From Octopus bimaculoides (Eukaryota), in assembly GCF_001194135.2 (NCBI RefSeq), contig NC_068991.1:54764028-54828027 (forward strand): a stretch of DNA of 64,000 nucleotides, written 5' to 3'. The notes under the pieces are model-generated. The model saw nothing but the letters and a program-made list of their open reading frames with translations. It was not told where the DNA came from and searched no databases. Each line of letters opens with the position of its first letter. The stretch's first letter is position 1. Both the position numbers and the translations under genes were made by a program. Shown piece by piece: positions 51,208 to 62,815 of this stretch.

Positions 51208-52259
51208 GTAAGTTTTTGTTTTTTTTTCCAATAATTAGCATATAACTGTTTGTTTTTTATGGGTTTGCTCTGGCACCCCATTCACTACCATCTTGTCTTA
51301 TTCTCAGCCATTTCCTTCACACCTTTATATAATGCTTGGTAACCATAGGGAAATATTGTAGATGAGGTTTGGCAACAGGGAGGGCATTTGACCATTGAAA
51401 ATTCATTTCATTGAATTTCTCTGACCCATATAAGCATGGAAAAGTGGACATTAAAATGATGATGATGATGTAGTAGTTGTAGTATTTTAATGCTGAGTTT
51501 TAATAATCTTCTCAGTAGGCCTAGCATAGAGATGAGTATCATTTCAGATGTATTAATTAAGAAAGAATATTAAATCAACAACAATAAAGAAACATCAAAT
51601 TTAACCCTTCAGCATTTAAACCAGCCATATCCAGCCCAGATATTCTACCTGTTTTGTGTTTAAACTGGCTAAATCTGGCATTTCACTCCTACCCTACAAT
51701 ATCATGCTCAAGATAAACAATCCATTATCAAAATCTTGAACCCACAAGATAATGCATGATTAATTCAAAACAATGTGAATAAATAAGTATTACATTTGAC
51801 AGTAATCTGAATGCTAAAGAGTAAAAACTTCTAATTTTCAGTCTGTATTTAATCTCTGTGGCAATGGGATAATGAATATCAACATTGATTAAGTAGTTGT
51901 CATGAGTTCAATCTGTAGGTCAGTCAAGCTTATATTTTTGTTGAAGTATAACAAATTGATACAGACAACGGAATGAGAACAATCTACTCTTGTGGATTCA
52001 AATAAAGGGTTAGGTTCCAAATTTCAAGAACCTTACTGAATATGATCGGTACCAAAGTTGGCCAGATGGTATAATGACTAAAATGCTATGATTATAAGAA
52101 CCAAGATGGAGAGACTAGTCCAAATGTATTGCTATATTGTAATGTTTTAAAACATTATCTGCCAATAGATTCTGAACATTTTCCTTCAGTTTTTACTCCC
52201 AATATGAAGTTTAAATATTTTAATGAAATTGCTTTCACTAAACCTTCTTATTCTAATAG

Positions 52260-52394
<135 letters not shown>

Positions 52395-52599
52395 TAAAAG
52401 CAGCGAGTTGGCAGAATCATTAGTGTGCCAGACAACATTTCTTCTGGCTTTCTATTTTCTGAATTCAAATCCCACCGAAATCACCTTTCATCTTTTCAGA
52501 TTCAGGGCCTTGTGCCAAAAATTGTTCCTGGTTTGAGAAGAATTTGGCATAACTTGAAGAACCTATGGAGAAATGTTCAAGTTTCCAAAAGCATTCATA

Positions 52600-52950
52600 A
52601 AAAAGCGCCTTCAGAAAGCGCAAGCCTCCGTCAAGGCAACACCAACAATTAGCCACAGATGATTTTTAAAATGAGAATATCTGAAATAAACTCGACTGCT
52701 CTCACAAACGTGAATGCTAAAAATGAACACAGCCGCTCTCAAAAATTAAGTATAAAAAAAAACGAAAAAATAATCCAGAATCCTTGTTCAGTACTGGATC
52801 AATCCCAAAATCTAATCAGTTTCTGCCAGTCATGAGGCCAAACATCCCTGAAAGTTTCATCTGAATTCATCTAGCGGTTCTTGAGATATCTTGTCCATGG
52901 ACAAACAAACATGACTGAAAACAATACCTCTGCCAACGCGGAGGTAATTA
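52600..52950 (-). mobile_element. Helentron/HINE-like non-autonomous element
   Basis: On the minus strand it starts ATTACCTCCGC...AGAGG and ends GGAGGCTTGCGCTTTCTGA. Confidence 0.6.
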
Positions 52951-53380
52951 ATGAGATTGATCAAGGTTAACAAGGATGATCATTGGAAAGCCTGTTTAGA
53001 AACATTAAAGGTTAGTCAAGTGAGATGACCAGTGGAACTATGATCTTCTGGTTTTATATAGGCCAAGTGGTGGAGGAAAATGTTTCTCAGGAAATTTTGG
53101 TCATCAACAAGAATCAACTGACTGATTTGATCCAGAAAATTTTCAACCTAGTAGCTCTGGACAGCTTCCAGGAATCTCTGGCCTGGCAGTGCTACCATAG
53201 ATATTACTGGTTAGAGCTAAATTCTACTTGCACAAATGTGCCTTCAACCAGATCTGTTTTAGATGTACACAAAACACCAGATGCATTTTTCTACTGTCTG
53301 TACATTGCCAACTTGTATATAGTTTTCGGTGAATTTTTCATGGATCCAGCTAGTTATTATTATTGTTATTGTTATCATTA

Positions 53381-53633
53381 TTATATCCGCCTTAGTGAAG
53401 GTGGAGGTATCATTTTCAGTTATGTTTGTTTGCCTGTGGACAAGGATTCCAGCTTATTTTTCCTGTTTTTTAACTTAATTTTTGAGAGCAGTCGGGTTCA
53501 TTTTTAGTATTTTCGTTTGTGAGAGCAGTCGAGTTTGTTTCAGATATTCTTATTTTAAAATCATCTCTAGCTAATGGTTGAGAGGGCGTTGGTGCTGCCT
53601 TTGTGGAGGTTTGCACTCTCTGAGTGCTCTTGT
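53381..53633 (+). mobile_element. Helentron/HINE-like non-autonomous element, inverted relative to the 52600 copy
   Basis: TTATATCCGCC...GGAGG start; GGAGGTTTGCACTCTCTGAGTGC end; interior complementary to 52660-52790. Confidence 0.6.
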
Positions 53634-54257
53634 TATTATTATAATTAAGGTGGCTGTAACGGGCAAAATACTTAACATTTCATCTGTCTTTACATTCTGA
53701 GTTCAAATTCTGCTAAGGTTGACTTTGCCTCTCAGAGTTGCTAAAACAAGTACTTGTTGTACACTAGGGCTGATATCATTGACTTATCCCTTCCCTGAAA
53801 TTGCTGACTGTGTGCCAAAATTTGAAACCATTGTTATTAAGGTGACAAGCTGGCAGGTTCATTACCATGCTGAACAAATACTTAGCAGCATTTCTTCTGA
53901 CTTTTACGTTTCTGGGTCCACTTTGCCTTTCATCCTTTCGGTGTCAATAAAATAAGTACCAGTTGAGCACTGGAGCCAATGTAATCAACTTACACCTTCC
54001 CCTCAAAAACCACTGACCCTCTACCAAAATTTGTCTGTTGCTCCATTCTGAGTTCAAATTCCACTAGGGTCGACTTTGACTTCCATCCTTTCGGAGTAGA
54101 TAAAATAAGTACCAGTTGAATACTGGTGTCAATGTAATCAACTCATTCCTTCCTCAAAAGTTGCTGCCCTTGTAGCAAAATTTGAAACCATTATTATTAT
54201 TATTATTATTATTATTCATTTTCTTTGAAAAGACATTTTCAACTTGTTTTCCAACAG

Positions 54258-54413
54258 GTGATGACAATCCTAGGTTTATATTCCCGTGTTTACACAGATT
54301 TATTGGCCATCCCTGTTATTGCTGGTAAAAAGACTGAGAAAGAAAAATTTGCTGGAGGAGATTATACAACAACAGTTGAATGCTACATTTCTGCCAGTGG
54401 TCGAGCCATTCAG
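54258..54413 (+). CDS. EPRS1: EPRS exon 28, ProRS
   Basis: caacAG / gtaaat; [52 protein letters not shown]. Confidence 0.98.
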
Positions 54414-54514
54414 GTAAATTTCACTTTCATTCATTATGTTTCTGTCATTAACAGTGTTGACTGATCTCAACATCTATTATTTTTTGTATAAGTCTAAGTC
54501 CCTTGGCTTCTCAA

Positions 54515-54588
54515 GATAAGCTTGGACAGTTGCTGTGCTGATGATGGCTATTGAGCCAGAAACATGTATCCACAACTGTCCTCTTATC
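54515..54588 (+). ncRNA. Candidate type I hammerhead ribozyme in EPRS intron 28
   Basis: CTGATGA 54538-54544; stem II TGGCT-ATTG-AGCCA; GAAA 54559-54562; palindromic ACATGT then A (GUA triplet); flanking arms GGACAGTTG/CAACTGTCC and GATAAG/CTTATC. Confidence 0.65.
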
Positions 54589-54824
54589 TCCAGACAATAA
54601 GCCTGTCCTTTTCCTTAATGGTATATCAACTTTGAAGAATTCTTGAATCTTGATTTCATCTCCTCTTAAGTGACACTGGTCATAGCTTGCTATTTGGTAA
54701 TTATGATACATCTTCTAGAAGCAGAGGTAGTTGTAATTAATCAAAAATTTACATTGTATGGTATTTGATTTAACTGTATTTTTCTGTGTTGCTCAAATAC
54801 ATCTTAATTCCTCTTTGTTTTTAA

Positions 54825-55041
54825 CCTTTTAGCATTCAGATTTCTCTGTCAAATATGTTTACTTATTCACATTGTTATGAATCTGTCATGCTTTACCTTG
54901 CAGCTTTGACAATTCATTGATGTGATTGTTTAATTTTAGAATAATATTGTAGTGTAAGTGTGAGAGGCCAGATCTGGTCAGTTTGAAGATAAAACAGGTA
55001 GATTATTTTGGCCAGATATTGCCAGTTTAAATGCTAAAGGG
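54825..55041 (-). mobile_element. piggyBac-type MITE, reverse orientation
   Basis: Same TIRs with TTAA flanks; the internal sequence is the reverse complement of the 48559 copy. Confidence 0.85.
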
Positions 55042-55796
55042 TTAAATTATCCCAAACAGACTGATTCTATGCCTACATATTATAGTTCTGTGATGCCAGC
55101 CACTACAGTCACACATTAAACAATTATTCCCTAATATCTCTCAGACTATCGACCTATTATACTCTCCATACATTAGTATATTAGTATATATCAGCAACAC
55201 AACCAATGTTTCCACAAAATAGACTCTATCAACCGCAATCAAACACACTTATTACTCTAATTATCAACAACACTACATCATCATCATCATCATTATCATC
55301 GTTTAACGTCCGCATTCCATGCTGGCGTGAGTTGGTTGTTTTGACTGAGGATATACATAAAAACTAAAGCACAGAATTAATTAAACACACTTTGGTTCTT
55401 CTTCAGAATCATTATTATCATTTTATGTTTATTTCCCCTCCCTACCCACCCCCCATGTTGGCATAGGTTGGACAAGTCTTTCACTTGTCATCACTCATTG
55501 CAATCCTCATCCTCTGGCACACACAGCAACAAAGAATACCTGACAGTTTTTTTGTTATTTTATTATGCTTGCTGGCTATAGAGAGATTTTCTGCAACCAG
55601 ACTTTGGAGTTACATCCAACTAAAATGAGAAAGGAGCAAACTTCCATGTTAGATTACAAACAACACATAAGATTCACTAAAGATATGAGAATATTGTCAC
55701 CCTCACAATGCTTTTTCCCCCAGATTGAAAGAAAATATTCACTATAGAAAACACTACCCTTTGCATCATTACATACACACACTCACACACATCTTA

Positions 55797-56345
55797 ATCA
55801 TCATCATCATTGTTGTTTAACGTCTGCTTTCCATGCTGGCATGGGTTGGACAGTTTGACTGAGGGCTTGCAAGCCAGAAGGCTGCACCAGGCTCCAATTT
55901 GATCTGACAAAGTTTCTACAACTGGATGCCCTTCATAATGCCAACCACTCTGAGAGTGGAGTAGGTGCTTTTTACATGCCACTGGCATGAAGGCCAGTCA
56001 GGCGGCACTGGCAATGACCACACTCGAATCGTGCTTTTTATGTGCTACCAGCATGAGACCTGTCAGATGGCACTGGCACCAACCATGCTGGAATGGAGCT
56101 TTTTACGTGCCACCGGCACAGGTGCCAATCAGGCAGTGCTGTCATCAGCCACAACAATGACTTCACTTGACTCAACAGGTCTTCACAAGTGCAGTTTACT
56201 GCCCAATGATCGAAGAGTACTTTTTAATGGGTCGGTTATACTGCACTGGTATAGGCCACGGTTATGGTCTCACTTGGTTTGCCAGGTTTTCTCAAGCACA
56301 GCATATCTCCAAAGATCTCGGTCACTTGTCATCGCCTCCTGAACC
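55797..56345 (-). mobile_element. RTE 3' UTR / RTE-tailed SINE
   Basis: Reverse complement of the shared tail ...GTTAAAC(GAT)n. Confidence 0.75.
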
Positions 56346-56750
56346 AGCTACAAATGTTTAGACATTACTTTAGAATATTTCAACAATATTCTAAAAACGG
56401 CCACTTTCACCTAATCATATCAAATACAACACACACACCACGAGAAAACCAAAATAACTACAACAACAAGCAATGGGGGAGAAAATTCTGTGAATTTTAA
56501 TGTTTCAGTAAGAACTACAATTGGGTCACTCTTATTTTTTTATGTCTGCAGTGTTAGTTACTGTAAATCTACCAGAGCTGTATATTTTTACTTTTAATTA
56601 ACAAAATTACAGAAAACATAGACTTGAAATAAAAGGTTGCTTTTGATCAACAAAATTGTCTTACCTTCAAATGTCCTCAACTTATTTCCATCTTTTTACA
56701 TCGAATGTCAACTAGTTAATGGTTTTAACTTTTTTCTAATATTTTTACAG

Positions 56751-56945
56751 GGAGCAACTTCGCATCATTTAGGACAGAACTTTTCAAAAATGTTTGAAAT
56801 TCAGTTTGAGCATCCTGAGACTCAAGAAAAACAATACGCTTACCAGAATTCTTGGGGTTTAACTACGCGAACCATTGGAGTTATGTGTATGGTTCATGGA
56901 GACAATGTGGGTTTGGTACTTCCACCAAGAGTAGCATCTGTACAG
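56751..56945 (+). CDS. EPRS1: EPRS exon 29, ProRS motif 3
   Basis: tttacAG / gttggt; [65 protein letters not shown]. Confidence 0.98.
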
Positions 56946-57511
56946 GTTGGTTTCTATTCAGACGAGTTACTAATTTATTCAAATCTCTCTCCAGTTTGTC
57001 AGTGGTTAATTTTATCTCAACCCTCTATATTTATAAATCTCTAGCAGTGGTCTGCCCTTGGGCAGGTCCTGTGCATGTGAATCTTCTCCAACACTCACTA
57101 TATTAAAAGGTTGGGGAACGTACCCTTGCCTGCCACTGTTAAGTAGATTACTGGAACTTTGGCTACTGTGACTAGACTTGAGATGAATACTGGAATGGTT
57201 TCCCGTTGCCGTCTCCAAGCAGGTGGGATTCAAACTCTGAATGTAGAGGGCTGGAAGATATACCGTAAAGCATTTCTGTCGATGCACCAACTCTACCATT
57301 TTCCCACCTACAGAGCATCATAAAATGAAGTGTTTTGCTCAAGAACACAATGCACCATCTGATTCTGGAACCAAACCCAAGGTCTAGCTATCACAAGTGA
57401 AACACCATAACCACTAGGTCACATGCCTCCACATATTTATTTATAAGAATGAAGAATAACTTCACCAATCCATGCAGATTTACTTAAAGTAAATGTTGTT
57501 TCTGTTTGTAG

Positions 57512-57685
57512 GTTGTGATTGTTCCATGTGGAATAACAGCTACTTTAGATGCTGAAAGCCGATCCAAACTCTTAAAAATGTGTGAAAATATAAATACAAC
57601 TTTGAAACAGAATGACATTCGTTCAAAAGCTGATATACGAGACAATTACTCTCCTGGCTGGAAGTTTAACCATTGGGAACTTAAG
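57512..57685 (+). CDS. EPRS1: EPRS exon 30, ProRS anticodon-binding domain
   Basis: ttgtAG / gtattt; VVIVPCGIT...DIRDNYSPGWKFNHWELK. Confidence 0.98.
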
Positions 57686-57780
57686 GTATTTTCCTGCTTT
57701 TAGTTAAATATCACACCTCTCTCTCTCTCTCTCTCCCCCCCCCCTTATTTTGAGAGTCATGCATTTTCTTCTTTTTGCAG

Positions 57781-57941
57781 GGTGTCCCAATACGTATCGA
57801 GATTGGTCCTCGTGATATGAAACAAAACCAATTTGTTGCTGTCAGAAGAGATACTGGTGAAAAAGTTGAGATGGTCAATGATAACATTGGCAAGAAAATC
57901 CAAGAATTACTAAATAAAATTCAAGACAATTTATATGCTAA
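57781..57941 (+). CDS. EPRS1: EPRS exon 31, ProRS anticodon-binding domain
   Basis: tttgcAG / gtaagt; GVPIRIEIGPRDMKQNQFVAVRRDTGEK...IQDNLYA; preceded by a short 95-nt intron. Confidence 0.98.
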
Positions 57942-58886
57942 GTAAGTACTAAAATATACTGTCTTAGTAACATAAAGTGCACTTAGTAGTATTTAGTTGT
58001 GCACCAATATATTTTTTTTCTTTACAAAGGACTTTTAATGATTTAGAATCGAGTAAATAATTTTTGAAGATTTTAAAAACCAGAGGGCGCTTCTCTCGTG
58101 ATTAATTTATCAAATATCTTTTAAAAATATTTGTTAATGACCAAAGTCAGCTGTTGCAAGAAAGTAGCGCTGTGGCTGTCAAATTGATTTTATTCTTATG
58201 AAAATGAGACAAAGATGTCCAATTTTGATTACTATTATGGAAGGATTTTCTCTGGCATCTATTTATGATTAGGAAATTCAGCCTGGTCGCCCATCAAGGT
58301 AGTTAAGAACCACAACTAAGAAAGTTGTTGTTGAAAGAAAGACTTCCAAATACACAAGCATTTAACAATATAATCAAAGAAATGTTGTAAACCACTGACT
58401 AGTTTTTGCTCCTGGAGTGATGACCCAACCAAGAAGCAACAATAAAGTATATGTGGTGTATGTAACGCTTTTAATTTTCCAACACATGATCATTTGATCA
58501 ACCTCTCTCTTCCTTACATTCTGTATCATCTCAGTCTGTCACCTTCATCATTTCAACTCTTGTGCTTGCTGCTAGGTTAAAAGCCATGTCATTTGCCATT
58601 GCATTCCGCTTACACAAGAGAGTTCCAGAAAAATTTAGTAAGAGTACTTAATGGAACACGGTATGATAAGAGAAAGTGTGTGAGACTCTTCAAGCAAGCT
58701 TAATACATAATCAGTGAAATTAATGTCTTCAAGCAGGGTTGGTACATAATCAGCTGGTCTAAATGAGCATGTTTTTGTAGAAAAAGAAGAGATGAACAGA
58801 AGACACCATCTAACATTCACAGTGGCTGAACAGCATATGTGAATAAAAATTTAACAATAATGTTTGAATGGCATCTAAATGTATGT

Positions 58887-59192
58887 ATCATCATCATCAT
58901 CATCGTTTAACGTCCGCTTTCCATGCTAGCATGGGTTGGACGATTTGACTGAGGACTGGTGAAACCAGATGGCTACACCAGGCTCCAATCTGATTTGGCA
59001 GAGTTTCTACAGCTGGATGCCCTTCCTAATGCCAACCGCTCCGAGAGTGTAGTGGGTGCTTTTATGTGCCACCGGCACGAAGGCCAGTCAGGCAGTACTG
59101 GCAATGGCCACGCTCAAAATGGTGTATTTTATGTGCTACCTGCACAAGAGCCAGTCAAGAGGCACTGGCAATGATCTCGCTCGAATGTCTTT
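58887..59192 (-). mobile_element. Young RTE-tail copy
   Basis: Near-identical to 17108-17392 and 10200-10450. Confidence 0.85.
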
Positions 59193-60609
59193 ACGCAAGC
59201 CATCCCCAGAAATTGTAAAGTTTACCATTTTTAGAGAATTAAATAGTTTTATTTGTGTTCTCTTGAATAGTGAAGGTATACCCTTTACTTGTTCCAATCA
59301 TCAGACCACGGCCATGCTAGAACACTGCCTTGTAGAATTTTTAGTCAAATGAATTGATCCCAGTACTTATTTTTTTTAAAGCCTGGTACTTATTCTTTCA
59401 GTTTCCTTTTGTCAAACCACTAAGTTATGGGGACATAAACACACCAACACCAATTGTCAAACGACACACACACACACACACACACGTGATGGGCTTCTTT
59501 CAGTTTCCATCTACCAAATCCACTCACAAGGCTTTGATCAACCCAATACTATAGAACTATAGTAGAAGACACTTGCCTCAGGTGTCATGCTGTTGGACTG
59601 AACCTGGAACTATGTGGTTGGGAATCAAACTCCTTACCACACAGCCACACCTGAAACTTCAGTTATGAAGGTGTCATTTTCACAGTGTCAGATGTCTTCC
59701 AAGTCTCTGTTCATAGAGGATATCAATGTTTGCCATGACATGTTGTTGATGTTGTCTTTTAACTAAAACAGTTGTTGGGAATCAGAAATTTCTTGGAGTT
59801 ACAACTCGAGAAGAAGCTCATTTTGCAACCGTGTTGTTTCGGGTTTAGTCCCATTGCATGGCACCTTGTACAAGCATCTTCTATTAAAGCCCCGAACTGA
59901 CCAGTGCCTTTTTTGAGTGAATTTCATTGATGGAAACTGTGTAGAAGTCTGTTATGTTTGTTCCTCACCCACTGCTTGACAACAAGTGTTAGTTTGTTTA
60001 CATCCCTGTAACTTAGTTGTTTGACAAAAGTGACCAGTAGAATAGATACCAGGCTTTAAGAAACAAATACTGAGGTCAATTTGTGTGACACCCTTCAGAG
60101 TGGTGCCTTAACATGGCCACAGTTCAATGACCAAAAGAGATAAAAACATAGAAATACTCTGCTAGTGTTTTTTTTTCTTTTTTTTTTTTTTTTTTTTTTT
60201 TTTTGCGCTTAGCTCACTACAATGTTAGTAGGGGAAATTACTTAGAGAAAAAGAAATATCTTGTGTGCAATTTTACAGACCAGCTCTGCTTATAAATACA
60301 AGGAAAATAGTTATTTAAACCAGCTACATCAGGCTCAAATATTCTACCTATTTTATGTTCAAACTGGTCAGATCTGACCTTTCACACCTTCCTACAATGC
60401 CATTCTAAAAATAAACGATTACATCATTCAAAACTATGTGAATAAATAAGCATTAGGTTTGACTGAATTACCTGAATGCCAAAAGGTTAAAGCAATCACA
60501 GAAATAATGGTAAATATATTCCTGTAAATTTGTATTTTTTCCCTCCAAAAATTGTTTGTTTTTTGGTTTTATCTAATGATTGGACTCAATTCTGTTTTCC
60601 ATTTTTCAG

Positions 60610-60753
60610 CGCCAAGAAAGAACATGATGAACATCTCTGTATCTCATATAACTGGAATGATTTTTGTAACTCCCTTGATCAGAAGAAAATTATCCAATCT
60701 CCATTTTGTGGAGAAATAAGTTGTGAAGACAAAATAAAGAAGGACAGTGCAAG
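60610..60753 (+). CDS. EPRS1: EPRS exon 32, ProRS C-terminal zinc-binding domain
   Basis: ttttcAG / gtatgt; AKKEHDEHLCISYNWNDFCNSLDQKKIIQSPFCGEISCEDKIKKDSA(R). Confidence 0.97.
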
Positions 60754-61570
60754 GTATGTTGTTTTATCCTCTGAATATAAATTATGAAGTGTTCTCCATC
60801 TTTCTTTCTCAGTCTGACCTCTCTCGACTTCTCTCAGTTAATTTTATGCAGGTGGCACATAAAACACACCTGGCACACTCTGTTAACTGGTTGGCGTTAG
60901 GAAAGGCATCCAGCCATAGAAACTATGCCTCAACAGACAGCTCCATGTCAAACCATCCAACTCATGCCAGCATGAAAAGCAGACGTTAAACGATGATGAT
61001 GGTGATTCAAAGGACTCCACCCTGACTCATCTTAACCACCATCTTCTTTCACCATTTCTCTTACATTCACCTTGTAATTTGAGTCTAGGTCCCCTGCTGG
61101 TATATCTCTCTTTTCCAACTGAAGTAACCTTATATCTCCCTCACAACAAGATCTCTGTACCCATTCCTCTATCATACCTCTCATGACCTAGCATAAAGCC
61201 ACCTCCCTCAGTACAGCTTCACCCCTTAATTGAAGTGGTCTTGTCTTGCAAGTTGTGACCTCACTCATACCAATAGCACATGAAAAGCACCCAGTATACT
61301 GTCAAATGGTTAATGTTAGGGAAAGGCATCCAACCATAGAAACCATGCCAAACTAGATGGAGCTTCATAGAGTCTTTTGGCTCACCAGCCATTTAAGCAT
61401 GGAAAATAGATGTTGAATGATGATTATGTATGGATCTCTCTCTCATTTTAATGCCATTATTAATACTTCATAACTAATATAATTCAAAAGATTTTTACTT
61501 AATTCCAATTTTTATTATCATTATTTTATTTCATGTTTGAAGTTAGAGTAATTTTTAAAATTGTGTCTAA

Positions 61571-61788
61571 CCCTTTAGCATTCAGATTACTCTGTCAAAT
61601 GTAATACATATTCATTCACATTGATTTGAATTAATCATGGATTATCTCATAGCTTTGAGATTTCCATATGATTTGTTGATTTTTACAATAACATTTTTAA
61701 GTAGGTGTGATAGGTCACATCTGGCTAGTTTGAATATAAAACTGGTAGAATATTTGGGCAGGATATGACAAGTTTAAATGCTAAAGGG
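61571..61788 (-). mobile_element. piggyBac-type MITE, reverse orientation
   Basis: CCCTTTAGCATT...AATGCTAAAGGG with a reversed interior. Confidence 0.85.
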
Positions 61789-61876
61789 TTGAATACATTT
61801 TCTAATATTGTTCTCTAATGTCATATTCTCTAACAGCATTCAGTATTGAATTAATGATTAATTCTTACTTTTTCAG

Positions 61877-62033
61877 AGATGTAGTTGTTGAAGAAGGAGC
61901 TCCAGCGATGGGAGCCAAAGGATTATGTATTCCATTTCAACAGCCCGCTGAACTTAAGCCTGGTACTTTGTGTATCCACCCCGATTGCAAAAAGAATGCA
62001 AAATATTTTACTTTGTTTGGCCGCAGTTATTAA
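61877..62033 (+). CDS. EPRS1: EPRS exon 33, C-terminus and stop
   Basis: tttcAG; [54 protein letters not shown]. Confidence 0.98.
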
Positions 62034-62191
62034 AACCCTGTCAAACTATTTTTCTATAACTATCAATTAAAAACAAAAATAATCTATATTTAGACTGGAC
62101 TCATTTCTTTTTAACCTGAACCTCATTAACATAATAACTGCTTCTGTAATTCTCTTCTTAAATTAAACCCTTCATTACTGTCTCATATTCA

Positions 62192-62197
62192 AATAAA
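62192..62197 (+). terminator. Candidate polyadenylation signal AATAAA for EPRS
   Basis: AATAAA about 160 nt after the stop, followed by T/GT-rich sequence; an ATTAAA also sits at 62162-62167. Confidence 0.5.
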
Positions 62198-62289
62198 TAT
62201 GAATTGAAATTTCTAAATATTTCTCTGTGTATACTTTAGTTGTTCTTTGACTTTATTTGTTATTGGCAGGGTGAGGATTTAGTAATTTT

Positions 62290-62815
62290 CTAAGGTACAT
62301 ATGATGGCTCAATCAAGTCCTTAAAAGACATCATACATGTGATCAGTACTGTGAGAGGGACAACAATGACGTCAGAAGCTCCACCAATGTTCAATATGAT
62401 AGTGGATAAAAAACTGTGGCTTGGACTGGCTGTAGCAATTGGATTCTGAAAGCTGGGTCTACTGGGTGGAGTGGATGATTGGGAATGCACAGCTGACATC
62501 CAGAATGGATGAATTAGTCAGAACATCATCAACAAGCTCATTTTCATCAAAACTAAAGTTTCTGATTGAACTCAGTGTGCAATATGAAAGCAGAATAGGA
62601 AAAGCCCACATCTACAAGAGTAAAAAACATGACAGTTTAACCATCAATCAGACTGAGATAATCTGGCTTCCAAACCAAATACCTTGCCATAGGTTTGGTT
62701 GCGAGAGAGTTTGTGAGCAAATCTACCTTTGATCTCATGAAACAACTCTTGATTTAAGGCAATGGCAGAATCAGCTGAAAAGAATTCCAACTGGGTCTGA
62801 TCAAAGAGGAATGGA
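62290..62815 (+). mobile_element. Degenerate RLE-type (restriction-like endonuclease) non-LTR retrotransposon C-terminus, HERO/R2-group-like
   Basis: LIELSVQYESRIGKAHIYKSKKHDSL, then frameshifted GFQTKYLAIGLVAREFVSKS and AESAEKNSNWV; these resemble the IELTVPWE..AHERK..KY, EVG.RGF and AE..S.WLW motifs. Confidence 0.55.

Noticed and set aside
53025-53507. 160-aa ORF in intron 27
   Set aside because: It has no recognisable domain, runs through a (TAT)-like microsatellite and into a repeat element, and has no supporting splice context.
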